A stretch of 32,000 nt of DNA from an uncultured archaeon (lineage in GTDB: Archaea; Asgardarchaeota; Thorarchaeia; Thorarchaeales; Thorarchaeaceae): NCBI GenBank assembly GCA_964354495.1, contig CAYHAA010000015.1, forward strand, positions 46,223 to 78,222, in the 5' to 3' direction. The position numbers were made by a program, and so were the translations under genes. The notes below the pieces were generated by a model that did not search any database, was not told the origin of the DNA, and worked only from the letters and a program-made list of their open reading frames with translations. Positions 1-9,640 of this stretch are shown in pieces. Positions within the stretch are counted from its first letter, which is position 1. Each line of letters begins with the position of its first letter.

Positions 1-2
1 TC

Positions 3-242
3 ATTCAGGCAGCCTATCACGGAATAAGTGTCAGAGGGGCAAAGATGTATTGTACGACAAGACCCTGTAGTATCTGCACGAAGATGATCATCAATGCAGG
101 CATTGATGAAATCATCTATATTGATGAATATGTAGATGACTTGGCAGCGCAAATGCTCAAAGAGTCAAAACTAGCTCTTCGCCAGATTCAGATTCCAAGA
201 GTCTATGGGAGAAATAGCAGCAAGTCTGCAAGAGAATTCTGA
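3..242 (+). CDS. dCMP deaminase (ComEB-like), 5'-truncated by the window edge
   Basis: The frame is open from nt 3 (IQAAYHGISVRGAKMYCTTRPCSICTKMIINAGI) and contains the PCxxC zinc motif and the typical 'KMIINAGI' segment of deoxycytidylate deaminases. Confidence 0.85.
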   Translation: MQAAYHGISVRGAKMYCTTRPCSICTKMIINAGIDEIIYIDEYVDDLAAQMLKESKLALRQIQIPRVYGRNSSKSAREF

Positions 243-305
243 GCGACAATATCTGGAAAGATTAAAGAGAGACCTCTCTGCAATTTCATCTCTAGGTGCG
301 TAAGA

Positions 306-1220
306 ATGGTCGAACTCCGAAATCTGATTAGCATACTTGACCTAGAGAAGAAGCAAATTGATTCGATTATGGACAACGCGGGCAAGATGGAAGCTGTGGC
401 GGTGAAACGAAGCAAGGACCTTGAGTCCAAAATCATGGCAACACTGTTTTTTGAACCCTCAACACGCACTCGTCTCTCATTCGAGAGTGCAATGTTGCGC
501 CTTGGTGGAAGCGTACTTGGATTTGCGGAGGCTGGAACATCAAGTGCAGGTGGAAAAGGAGAAACACTTGCTGATACCATTAGGACTGTCGAGAGATATG
601 CGGACGTAATCGTCATGCGCCACCCGCTAGACGGCTCTGCCAGAGTCGCTGCGGAGTTCGCCAGCATCCCTGTCATCAATGCTGGAAGTGGTTCTGAGGA
701 ACATCCAACACAGGCACTCTTGGATCTATACTCCATCAAGAAGCTCAAGGGAAGACTTGATGGAATATCAATCTCTCTCTGTGGCGACCTGAAGTATGGC
801 AGAACTGTACACTCTCTCGGGATGGCGCTCACGAATTATGATGTCACAATCAAGCTAGCCGCTCCACCATCACTGAGAATGAAACCTGCAGTAATCGAGC
901 AGATGAGGAAAGCAGGCGTAAAAGTTGCTGAAGTGGACACTATCGAAGAAGCAGTCAAAGATACAGACGTAATCTATATGACTCGGATTCAGAAGGAGCG
1001 GTTTCCGGATCCCAGAGAATATGATAAGGTGTCGGGAAAATTCAGTATCTCAGCTGCAGATGTCAAGCTGATGCGAGATGATGCAATCATCTTACATCCA
1101 CTCCCGAGAGTGGATGAACTGAGCACTGAGATAGATAGTCTTCCCCAAGCAAAGTACTTTGACCAGGTCTATAATGGAGTCATCGTCCGCATGGCTATTC
1201 TAAAGATGATCCTTGGTTAA
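306..1220 (+). CDS. pyrB: Aspartate carbamoyltransferase catalytic subunit
   Basis: Motifs FFEPSTRTRLSFE, HPTQALLD, GDLKYGRTVHSL, YMTRIQKERF and HPLPR. Confidence 0.98.
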   Translation: MVELRNLISILDLEKKQIDSIMDNAGKMEAVAVKRSKDLESKIMATLFFEPSTRTRLSFESAMLRLGGSVLGFAEAGTSSAGGKGETLADTIRTVERYADVIVMRHPLDGSARVAAEFASIPVINAGSGSEEHPTQALLDLYSIKKLKGRLDGISISLCGDLKYGRTVHSLGMALTNYDVTIKLAAPPSLRMKPAVIEQMRKAGVKVAEVDTIEEAVKDTDVIYMTRIQKERFPDPREYDKVSGKFSISAADVKLMRDDAIILHPLPRVDELSTEIDSLPQAKYFDQVYNGVIVRMAILKMILG

Positions 1221-1942
1221 GTCGGTTCCAGGCCTCGCAGCTCCCTGGTCAGCATATCTAGAGAGCCGATCTTGCTGACAGCAAGGGGTATCCGCATCTG
1301 TTCAGATAACTCCAATGCTAGACGGTCTACCTCTCCCACACCATGGAGGATAACAAGAGCGGGTTTGAATTCCTGAGACTTGATAGCGATCATGGGAGCC
1401 CTGCCTGTATTCACATTCGTGAACAGAAGACACCTCTCAGTAGTGGCACCGAAGAGCTTGAGAAAAGCATCACTGTTTAGCTCTTTCACGGCACGTTCCA
1501 CATCAACCAAGGTATACCCGTAAATCGGTCTATCAATGTACTTCTCCCCTGCGACAACCGTACTCTTCAGTTGTTTGCAGAATTCCCTCGAACTCATAGG
1601 CAGTGAGAAATCGCTCATAGCGAGAACTATGTTGAGGTCTACAAGGCTCACATCCATCAGTCTTACAAAGGCCGCCATGGTCTGACCGCCGTTGCGCTCA
1701 TCAATACTGAGGAGGGCCATCACAAACCGTCGTATCGTCGAGGTGCCAGGGGACTTCCGTCTTCCTGATTCATAGTCGCTTATGACGCTTGGACTTATGC
1801 CAAGGTGCTTTGCGAGTACAATCTGGGGAAGTCTAAAACGCTCACGCCAGACTCGCATTGACTTGCCAGGACTGCCGGACAGTGCAATCTCGCCTGCTAT
1901 TCGTCTTGCTAGGCGGTCTCGAACTGATGATTGATACGACAT
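1217..1942 (-). CDS. Conserved archaeal XRE-family HTH transcriptional regulator
   Basis: N-terminal 'RRIAGEIALS..PGKSMRVWRERF..PQIVLAKHLGISPSVISDYESGRRKSPG' is an XRE HTH. Its stop shares TTAA (1217-1220) with the convergent pyrB stop. Confidence 0.85.
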   Translation of the reverse strand: MSYQSSVRDRLARRIAGEIALSGSPGKSMRVWRERFRLPQIVLAKHLGISPSVISDYESGRRKSPGTSTIRRFVMALLSIDERNGGQTMAAFVRLMDVSLVDLNIVLAMSDFSLPMSSREFCKQLKSTVVAGEKYIDRPIYGYTLVDVERAVKELNSDAFLKLFGATTERCLLFTNVNTGRAPMIAIKSQEFKPALVILHGVGEVDRLALELSEQMRIPLAVSKIGSLDMLTRELRGLEPT

Positions 1943-2021
1943 TACACGATTTTCAGAGCCAGATGAACATAAGCATTTCGACTTTTGACGATGTTGAGAA
2001 AGTGAGAAATGTGAAAAGAAG

Positions 2022-2162
2022 TGGTGGGCCGGCCCGGATTTGAACCGGGGACCTCTTGGATTCTTGCGGGCTTGGTCGGCGCCAAGCGGCGACCCAAACC
2101 AAGAATCATTTTTGGCGGTCGGTCACGAATGACTGACTGTAGCCAAGCTAGACTACCGACCC
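2022..2162 (-). tRNA. tRNA-Pro(UGG) with two BHB-type introns (D-loop 20a/21: 2110-2140; canonical 37/38: 2061-2092), CCA encoded
   Basis: The minus strand folds as acceptor GGGTCGG/CCGGCCC-A-CCA, D-arm GTCT-AGCTTGGCT|A-TGAT, anticodon arm CTTGG-TT-TGG-G|T-CCAAG and T-arm CCCGG-TTCAAAT-CCGGG. Removing 31 and 32 nt from 141 nt gives a 78-nt mature tRNA. The anticodon is at 2094-2096. Confidence 0.93.
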
Positions 2163-2190
2163 TTATATTTCGGTGTGCTCTCAGCGCCGG

Positions 2191-2199
2191 TTATAAGAA
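2191..2199 (-). promoter_or_regulatory. Candidate TATA box for tRNA-Pro
   Basis: TTCTTATAA on the minus strand, ending 29 nt upstream of the mature tRNA 5' end. Confidence 0.5.
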
Positions 2200-2237
2200 T
2201 ATCTCCGGAATCATGGAAAGAGAACGGATTCGTGCTC

Positions 2238-3938
2238 TCAGTCATAGTGTGTTTCAAGAATAATCCCCTGAAATGGTTCAAGGTGTATACCGGCGTTGTT
2301 GAGTGGAGTTGATTCCTTCAGAGTTGAGAATATCAGTTCGGTCCTCTCCTGAGTCTCATCTATCTGAATCGGTCTATCAGAGAAGTTCAGCCAAATCTGT
2401 GCTATTTGCTTGCCATGTCTTCGTTCGAAGGAGAGGAGGGATTTCTTGTGCGGTGAGAGATTCAAGAAACGCAATGAGCCTGAGTGAAGAGCTGGCATCT
2501 GCCTGCGGAGTCGTAGGAGAGATTTGTAGCATTGTAGCAATGAATTGGAATGTGACTCTTCGTATTCCACATTGATTGTCTTGTAACTCGGTTCTACTGG
2601 CAGCCAAGGTTTCGATTCTTCTGAACAAAAACCTGAGTTAGGTGATGAGTTCCATTGCATCGGGGTCCTACAGTCATCACGATTGAGCGAAATGGAACCA
2701 TTTCTTGTCAGTAGATTAACAAGAAACTGGGGAATCCAGCTATACTTCAGAGCCACAGGGTCTTGTGCCGTCTTTAGAGGGAATCTATGATTCGACATTC
2801 CAATCTCTTCACCATAATAGATGAAGGGGACTCCTCTTGCTGTCAGTTGCAGCGTCACATTGAGCTTTGCTTTGTTCACGTCATTTCCTAATCTACTAAT
2901 TCGGCGCATCTGATCGTGGTTAGAGAAGACCCAAGTTGGAGAATAGGGCTCCATGAAGTACTGCTCGTATCTACCAATCAAGTTGCGAAACGCGAGTGCG
3001 TCAAGATTTGTGTCAAGAGACTGGAAAAGGAATGTAAGATGGAGCCCGTTGGTCTGGTCTGAGTCTGTTGCCTCTCCGCAGTATCTCTTGAGGGTTTCAA
3101 GTGATGCTGCTATTTCTCCGACCAAGAACCGTTCAGGGTCTGAGTATTCATCCATGACACTTCGAAGTTCCTTCACGAAGGCAAAATTGTCTGGATGGTT
3201 CATAGTGTAGATTCTATTCTGGAAGAAGCTCTTTTCGTATTCTTCGGACGGGAACAACTTCAAAGCAAATGGATTGTTTCGAAGAGTTTCATCTTCATAT
3301 ATCGCATTAATGATGTCCAGACGGAACCCGTCAACGCCTTTGTCCAACCAGAAGCGAACAACATCAAACATCTCTTGTTTCACTTCAGGATTGCGATAGT
3401 TGAGATCTGGTTGAAATGGTAGAAACTGAGCCCAGTACCATTGATCGGTTTGTTCATCATAATGCCATCCTGAACCTCCTACAACAGCCTTCCAGTTGTT
3501 TGGAGGGCTCTTCCCTCCTGGTTTGCGACCGTCACGCCATATGTACCAGTTGCGCTTTGGATTAGCTCTACTTGATCGTGATTCTAGGAACCATGGGTGT
3601 TGATTGCTAGTATGGTTGAGAACCATGTCAAAGACAACATGCATACCTCGACTGTGAATCTCGTGTATGAGCCTTTCACAGTCGGCAATGGTTCCATATT
3701 CGGGAGCGATGCCTCTGTAGTCGCTGACATCGTACCCATGGTCTGCTTGTGGACTTGAGAAGAGGGGAGAGAACCAGATTGTTCCAACGCCTAGATCCTG
3801 TAGATAGTCCAATTTCGAGATGATTCCTTGGATATCACCGATTCCATCGCCTGTATCATCCTTAAAACTTCGGGGATAGACCTGATAGACTGTGGTCGTC
3901 TTCCACCATGGCAGGATTCTAAGAGAGGGATTCGACAA
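2238..3938 (-). CDS. GH13 alpha-glucosidase / oligo-1,6-glucosidase family
   Basis: YQVYPRSFKD, DHGYDVSDY, DMVLNHTS, catalytic GFRLDII, FLVGEI, VFSNHDQ, YYGEEIGM and RDDCRTPMQW. TTG start preceded by GAGGAG. Confidence 0.95.
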   Translation of the reverse strand: MSNPSLRILPWWKTTTVYQVYPRSFKDDTGDGIGDIQGIISKLDYLQDLGVGTIWFSPLFSSPQADHGYDVSDYRGIAPEYGTIADCERLIHEIHSRGMHVVFDMVLNHTSNQHPWFLESRSSRANPKRNWYIWRDGRKPGGKSPPNNWKAVVGGSGWHYDEQTDQWYWAQFLPFQPDLNYRNPEVKQEMFDVVRFWLDKGVDGFRLDIINAIYEDETLRNNPFALKLFPSEEYEKSFFQNRIYTMNHPDNFAFVKELRSVMDEYSDPERFLVGEIAASLETLKRYCGEATDSDQTNGLHLTFLFQSLDTNLDALAFRNLIGRYEQYFMEPYSPTWVFSNHDQMRRISRLGNDVNKAKLNVTLQLTARGVPFIYYGEEIGMSNHRFPLKTAQDPVALKYSWIPQFLVNLLTRNGSISLNRDDCRTPMQWNSSPNSGFCSEESKPWLPVEPSYKTINVEYEESHSNSLLQCYKSLLRLRRQMPALHSGSLRFLNLSPHKKSLLSFERRHGKQIAQIWLNFSDRPIQIDETQERTELIFSTLKESTPLNNAGIHLEPFQGIILETHYD

Positions 3939-4060
3939 TCAAGACTCCTCACAGGATTGAGCAGCCAACCGTTTCGTTTCTTGGTTCATTGATTGGGTGA
4001 CCAACACTGTCATACATGAATAAGGTCATAACGGTCAATCAGTAGTTGATTGTGAGTAAT

Positions 4061-4306
4061 ATGAGCTTACTAGGACCTGATGACTTCAATCTTAACGAGA
4101 AAGAGAGGAAGAAGAAGCTAGCAAAGGACCTCCCTCCAGCAGTAGAAAAAGAGATTGCAAAGTGGTTGGATAAGCTTGACTCTCCACAGGCATTCAGGAA
4201 GATAGCTGAACTTGTCGGTCCAGAGGAGGCATCGCGACTTATCGGCGGCCGCAGGGCGCATGGAAGACAGCTGAAGCCAGGCGACCCTTGGCTCAGAGAT
4301 GAATGA
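4061..4306 (+). CDS. Small hypothetical protein
   Basis: Charged, helical-looking 81-aa ORF from the ATG at 4061; no family recognised. Confidence 0.6.
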   Translation: MSLLGPDDFNLNEKERKKKLAKDLPPAVEKEIAKWLDKLDSPQAFRKIAELVGPEEASRLIGGRRAHGRQLKPGDPWLRDE

Positions 4307-4397
4307 GATCGTCGATGATTTCTGAGCCTCTTTATTCGCAAGTTCCTCCACAACTCTGAAAAGACCAGAGTGACAGCCATTACATGAGGGCGACACA

Positions 4398-4853
4398 ATG
4401 GTGATACTGCTTGCACTCACATACATAGCGGGGATTGTGCTGTTCGCCACGTTCCTAGTGACAAGGAGGTATCTGAGAAGACGACAAGGCAATGCAGTTT
4501 CACGGATAGACAAATGCCTGAATAGTCTGAACTGGATGTCCTATCTGTGGATATCCGTTCTTGCACCCATGTTTGTTCTCATGGAGCTCATCATCGGCAC
4601 GATGCAAGTATTCGTTGGGCTCGGTTCTGTCGAATTCCTAAGTGATATGCTATCGCTCTCTCCGGGACTCTGGGCAACTATCGCATTCATGTACGCTGTC
4701 AACACGATAATGATCCTAGTACATGGATATCGTGATGATCCGAGAGGGGACTCTGCTCCTGCGAAAGCTGCAAGCAAGCGATGGTTGTGGACACTCACGG
4801 TCTTGTTTGCTATAGCAGCAATAGTTGGAATCTTGACTGGAATCTTGGTGTGA
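4398..4853 (+). CDS. Hypothetical membrane protein (about 4 TM)
   Basis: Four hydrophobic segments in 151 aa. Confidence 0.7.
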   Translation: MVILLALTYIAGIVLFATFLVTRRYLRRRQGNAVSRIDKCLNSLNWMSYLWISVLAPMFVLMELIIGTMQVFVGLGSVEFLSDMLSLSPGLWATIAFMYAVNTIMILVHGYRDDPRGDSAPAKAASKRWLWTLTVLFAIAAIVGILTGILV

Positions 4854-5008
4854 CCAGTAGACAACATGAATCAGTGAAATGCTAGGTCATGATGACAATT
4901 GCCATCCGAGATTAGTCTGTTTCTTGTTCTCTTACGAGAACATTCAGAACGAGAAACATACAATGCACGGGGAGTTTCTTCAATCCCAAGTATGGTTTTT
5001 CCTATCTG

Positions 5009-5272
5009 TTATTTGGATTTGAACCAATCCAGTAGAAGTATAAAACCAATCACGCCCATAATCCCGCCAGCAGCTGAGAATGCCATCATGATACTGGACG
5101 CATACATGAGCCGTGAGATATAGCCGGGAGAGAGGTAATCATTACCTATTAGTGACATATATACAAAGAAACCTGTTGTGGAAGCTAATACTGCTGAAAT
5201 CAGTAGTATTGCAGCCCAATTTCTCTTCGCTTCCAACTCCATACCAACCACAGACCTACAGATACGTTCCAT
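5009..5272 (-). CDS. Small 2-TM membrane protein
   Basis: Two hydrophobic helices with a basic C-terminus. Confidence 0.6.
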   Translation of the reverse strand: MERICRSVVGMELEAKRNWAAILLISAVLASTTGFFVYMSLIGNDYLSPGYISRLMYASSIMMAFSAAGGIMGVIGFILLLDWFKSK

Positions 5273-5455
5273 ACCATCTGCCTAATATCTGTATTCATGG
5301 AATATAGCCGAATCCCTGTTTCAGTCAGAATCTCTTATGGTAGTACAGGCGAGAGCCCGACTCCAAATCGTTCTCCAACTCCTTCAAGATCCGGAAACTC
5401 ATCATCCCATCTGTCTAATTTAATAGACACCTATGATACTGCCTAGTTCATGTAG

Positions 5456-7276
5456 GTGGTCATGATGGGAGAGAACAACGAACCTCCAGTATGGGACATT
5501 TCACCATTGGTAGAGAGTGAAGACCCGGAAATGGTGAAGAAAGCGATTGATGGCACTCTCAAACTGGCGGAGAAAATCGAGAAGCGGTATAAAGGTCGAA
5601 TCAAGGACCTCTCCCCTGCAGCTATTTGTGAATTCTACAGGAAGTTGGACCAAGCATATTCAGCGATACAGCCAACGATGGGCTACACATACCTCCGACA
5701 GAGCCAGGACGCCGCAGATACTACCGGGAGAGAGCTTCGTGAGTATGCGATGAGGGCATCTTCGGAGTTCAATTCGAAACTTGCGTTTCATGAGATTGAA
5801 GTCGCAAGAGCTCTGGCGGACAGGCCCGAGATGATCAGCGACCCTGCAGTGAAAGAGTACAGACATGTATTGGAAAAAGCGAAGGAGAGTGGAAAATACC
5901 TTCTCTCAGAGAGAGATGAACAGCTCATAATAGACAAGGACCTCTATGGTATTGATAGTTGGTCACTCTTGCATGAAAGACTCAGAGGTACACGACGCTA
6001 TAACATGGTCATCAAGGATGAAATCAAACCATTGACGATTCTGGAACTCATGAACATCACGCAGAGCAGCCCAGATAGAGAGATTAGAAAGGCAGCCACT
6101 GAAGCACTCTACGGAGGCATTTCGAATGATGGACTTGTGTTTTCTACTGCTTTGAAATGCGTTTTTGGAAACCACCTGAATCAGGTTAGACTTCGAGGAC
6201 ACCCGAGTGTGTTGACTCAGAGTCTGCTATCAAATGATATTGACCAAGATACTCTCGATGCATTGATTGCCTCCATGAAGAAACACACTCAACTCATTAG
6301 AAAGTACATCAGACTGAGAGCAAAGGCAATGGGCCTCACAAAGCTGACTGGATACGACATTTCTCCAACTGCAGCACCTCCGATTGTGGTGTCTCAGGCC
6401 GATATTCCGTGGCTAAAAGCGAAAAAGGCGGTCATAGATGCGTATGCCAGGTTTGACAAGGAGGCCGGAGCATGGGTTGAGGGTTTATTTGAGCGCAGAA
6501 GAATCGATGCCAGCATCCGTCCCGGAAAGGCAGGAAGTGGCTACTCTATGAGTTTTCCATCACTTCGAACCTCATGGATCATGATTAATTATGGCGGTAC
6601 TCTGGGGGACATGACAATATTGGCCCATGAGGTAGGACATGCTCTGCATGGCTACTATAGGTCTAAAGAACACAGGTGGACGAATTTCTTCCCTGGTGCA
6701 TGTCTAGCGGAAACAGCAAGCATCTTCGGAGAGATGTTGCTCGCTGACAAGTTAATGCAGGAATGTGATGATGATGATACAAAACTGGCTGCTTTGTCGC
6801 GCATATTGGATTCTCTATACCAGATGGTGTTCTATATGCTTAATGCATATCTCTTCGAACTCAGCGTGTTTACTGCGATGGAAAACAACGAGGTAGTTGA
6901 TGCAGACAAGCTGGACTCACTCTGGGCTGCTGCACGAACGGAGGTCTTTGGAGATGCTGTCGATTGGCTCCCGGGAATGGAGCAGTGGTGGGTGATTCCA
7001 GTACATCATTTCATGCCTAGAGACAGATTCTACAACTACCCCTACGCGTTTGCGCGACTCTTGGTTTCCACATTGTACCATCACTACAAAGAAGAGGGGG
7101 CTTCGTTTGTCCCGATGATGAAACGCATCCTCTCAGCCGGAGGATCGGAATCGCCAAAGACCCTTCTAGCAGAGGTCGGACTAGACTTGACTGATCCCGA
7201 GTTTTGGGAACTTGGATTCAAACAGGCGGAGTCGTACTTGGATGAGTTTGAACGGATTGTGAAACGACGAGCTTAA
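5456..7276 (+). CDS. pepF: Oligoendopeptidase F (M3B zinc peptidase)
   Basis: HEVGH zinc motif followed by AETAS, plus R.IDA..RPGKAG, HHF...FYNYPYAF and ILSAGGSESP. The start may be the ATG at 5462 or 5465. Confidence 0.93.
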   Translation: MVMMGENNEPPVWDISPLVESEDPEMVKKAIDGTLKLAEKIEKRYKGRIKDLSPAAICEFYRKLDQAYSAIQPTMGYTYLRQSQDAADTTGRELREYAMRASSEFNSKLAFHEIEVARALADRPEMISDPAVKEYRHVLEKAKESGKYLLSERDEQLIIDKDLYGIDSWSLLHERLRGTRRYNMVIKDEIKPLTILELMNITQSSPDREIRKAATEALYGGISNDGLVFSTALKCVFGNHLNQVRLRGHPSVLTQSLLSNDIDQDTLDALIASMKKHTQLIRKYIRLRAKAMGLTKLTGYDISPTAAPPIVVSQADIPWLKAKKAVIDAYARFDKEAGAWVEGLFERRRIDASIRPGKAGSGYSMSFPSLRTSWIMINYGGTLGDMTILAHEVGHALHGYYRSKEHRWTNFFPGACLAETASIFGEMLLADKLMQECDDDDTKLAALSRILDSLYQMVFYMLNAYLFELSVFTAMENNEVVDADKLDSLWAAARTEVFGDAVDWLPGMEQWWVIPVHHFMPRDRFYNYPYAFARLLVSTLYHHYKEEGASFVPMMKRILSAGGSESPKTLLAEVGLDLTDPEFWELGFKQAESYLDEFERIVKRRA

Positions 7277-7914
7277 TCCAGATCAGCGAAAAGACCGAAG
7301 GTTGGATTGTACTGTACGAACACTGTAGTGAATTTGTCCTTCTCGACTTCAGCCTTCTCGACTTCAGGTGGCTTATTCTTGTAGAATATGAGTAAGACAT
7401 TCTCTGGCTTCCTGTTCCCAATTTCCTCAAGTATGGTTTGGAGATTCTGACCAACAGTAGAGTCCGAGGAAGGTATGGATTTCGACACTTTCACACCTTT
7501 TCTTGAAGGTGATTCGAATGAGAATGCCTTTTCGAACTCAGGATTGTTCTTCTCACGAAATCTGTCCCACGCTTCCCCGATTTCGCCATGCCAGTTCTGA
7601 CTAAACCACTCGAAAATATCGTGGCGTCGAATCTGATTTTCCTCAAGCCCCCTGATTTTCTTTGATTCTCCATTTTCATCCCACTTGGCTTCGACGAAGT
7701 AGGCTTTCTTTTGGGAAATTATTACCGCGTCGAACTCCCCGTACTGACTTCTACCAAAACTGGGACGATAGAAAACAGTGCAGTCCGCCGGATTCGAGTT
7801 ATCCCCCAGTTTGTGTAATATTTCTCCTAGTCTTTCTTTTGTGTACTTCAACGTGAAACCGTCTTCACCATAGACCAGTATCCGAGGCATAATATAATCC
7901 TTCATTCTTGTCAC
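7273..7914 (-). CDS. PD-(D/E)XK (NERD/restriction-like) nuclease-fold protein
   Basis: GEFDAVIISQKKAYFVEAKW has the D...ExK arrangement. Confidence 0.65.
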   Translation of the reverse strand: MTRMKDYIMPRILVYGEDGFTLKYTKERLGEILHKLGDNSNPADCTVFYRPSFGRSQYGEFDAVIISQKKAYFVEAKWDENGESKKIRGLEENQIRRHDIFEWFSQNWHGEIGEAWDRFREKNNPEFEKAFSFESPSRKGVKVSKSIPSSDSTVGQNLQTILEEIGNRKPENVLLIFYKNKPPEVEKAEVEKDKFTTVFVQYNPTFGLFADLD

Positions 7915-7968
7915 ATCGAGATTGGTGTTTTTCTTTTAACAGCATTGATAAGAGGAGAGGGGATTCAG

Positions 7969-8096
7969 AGTCAACACTTTCGTCTAGTGTTGTCTAGAGC
8001 GGAGCCTCGGGCGAGGCTCAATCTTAACCACTCCTACATTCCTGCGGAGGATGTGTTTCTATCCGATGCTTAATCTTCTATCTCGGACCGTCCGAG
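7969..8096. other. Cluster of four inverted repeats in the divergent intergenic region upstream of the HNH gene
   Basis: AGTCAACACT/AGTGTTGTCT (7969-7995), GAGCCTCG/CGAGGCTC (8002-8019), ACATTCCT/AGGATGT (8036-8054) and CTCGGAC/GTCCGAG (8082-8096). Confidence 0.6.
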
Positions 8097-8140
8097 CGGA
8101 CTACATGTTTTGGCAGAATAATCACGAATACGGGGGATGA

Positions 8141-8923
8141 ATGATGGCAAATTCTGATAGTTCCGTTAGGAAGAATACAACTGAATGGAATAAGGCAAGA
8201 GAGGCCGCAAAACAAAGAGATGGCGGACAATGTGTATTGTGTTCATCAAAAGAGGATATCGAAGTACATCACATTGATTATGTTCCGGACAATCATGCAC
8301 TCTGGAACCTGATTACTCTCTGCAAAACATGCCACGTTCCTATTACCAAGCCAAAGTCAGATGATGATATCGCACTTCTTCTAGAATATATCAAGATTCT
8401 TCAGACTTCTCACTTTCATCCTGACGCAACACTTGAGATAGTTCTTCGACATCTAGGTGGTTACAATATTGGAAGAACCATCGAAGATGACCATGAGTTA
8501 GAAGAGATCCTTGAGGAGTCTTGGGGATATTATGGATTCCAGCAACCTGAAGAAGATGCTCCTCTGAAACCAATCGATGGATTCGGAGAACCCAAGTATA
8601 CCCTTGCTCGGATGATTGAGGATGGCCTCTGTCCGGTACCTTTCACTGAATTGAAGATAGGTGCGGATTTCATGAAGATAACATGCAAGCATGAATGTGG
8701 AACTCCTACCTGTGACTGTGTTGGTTTCAACAATGATGAATGCCCGTATTACTCCTGCAAGAAGACATGGTGTAAGGACGCTATCGTTGATTCACGGGAA
8801 GTACGTACAATTGGTGATGCTGAGAGTCTACCATTCATAATTTTACGTGCGATGTGTGACCCTAGGACTCCCTCAGGATACAACGAACAGAGTACTCTCT
8901 TGGAGTATGAAAAGACCTGTTAG
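8141..8923 (+). CDS. HNH endonuclease with a Cys-rich C-terminal region
   Basis: W..AREAAKQRDGGQCVLC...EVHHID...NLITLCKTCH is a zinc-binding HNH (McrA-like). The C-terminal ~100 aa contain 10 Cys. Confidence 0.88.
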   Translation: MMANSDSSVRKNTTEWNKAREAAKQRDGGQCVLCSSKEDIEVHHIDYVPDNHALWNLITLCKTCHVPITKPKSDDDIALLLEYIKILQTSHFHPDATLEIVLRHLGGYNIGRTIEDDHELEEILEESWGYYGFQQPEEDAPLKPIDGFGEPKYTLARMIEDGLCPVPFTELKIGADFMKITCKHECGTPTCDCVGFNNDECPYYSCKKTWCKDAIVDSREVRTIGDAESLPFIILRAMCDPRTPSGYNEQSTLLEYEKTC

Positions 8924-9001
8924 TGAAGACAACATAATCTCGAGTCGTGTACAGAATAGGAATATTATTACCCTAGTTTTCTCCACCACGGTGGGATTAC
9001 G

Positions 9002-9394
9002 ATGAACAGAAAAGTCCACTTGCTGATAGGTGTATTCGTTTCCATTTTCATTGCCTATTGGATTGATGGAACTTTCTATCCGGACCCTTGGGTGACGCTA
9101 CCATTCGCACTACCGTGGGAAACCCACTATTTCGGATTTTCAACGATGGTATATGCAATAATTGGAGGAATAATAGGAAGTATACTGCCAGATGTGATTG
9201 AGCCACCAGACCACTACACTCACAGGAGCTTCTTCCATAGCACGCCATTAATGAAATTCCTTCTCGGAGCACTGATAGTCAGTCTCCTGATTGCTTTTTA
9301 TGATACTAGGGTTTGGTCTGTCTTCTATGTCATAGTAGGATACGTGATGCATCTAGTAGCTGATGGGACGACGCCGATGGGACTCCCTGGTTGA
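9002..9394 (+). CDS. Membrane metal-dependent hydrolase (YdjM-like)
   Basis: N-terminal H, GSILPDVIEP, HRSFFHS and GYVMHLVADGTTPMG, with TM helices. Confidence 0.85.
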   Translation: MNRKVHLLIGVFVSIFIAYWIDGTFYPDPWVTLPFALPWETHYFGFSTMVYAIIGGIIGSILPDVIEPPDHYTHRSFFHSTPLMKFLLGALIVSLLIAFYDTRVWSVFYVIVGYVMHLVADGTTPMGLPG

Positions 9395-9640
9395 TAGGAT
9401 AAGTGGCAATCCATGTCGTCCCGTTCCTGAGAACGATAATCTTACACATACCTTGCTGTGCGTCATTGGATTAGAAGGCTCCTGCGTTGACACGTTCTGG
9501 AGGACTTTCGACAGAAGACTCGAGAAGCAGAGAGAGTGGACCCTAGACAAGAAACGATTCTCTTGCCTGCTCCAATCAACTGTTATTCAGCCAAATAGAA
9601 TATGATACTGAGTGGGGAATCTCAGTATCAATGGTTCGGC

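Noticed and set aside
203-832. Long antisense ORFs (e.g. 203-832, 15595-16125, 19425-19868, 9602-9899, 2021-2263)
   Set aside because: They are shadows opposite or overlapping well-supported genes or the tRNA, with S/R-rich non-protein-like composition.
4889-4960. Possible C/D-box sRNA (ATGATGA box C)
   Set aside because: No properly spaced CTGA box D or terminal stem.
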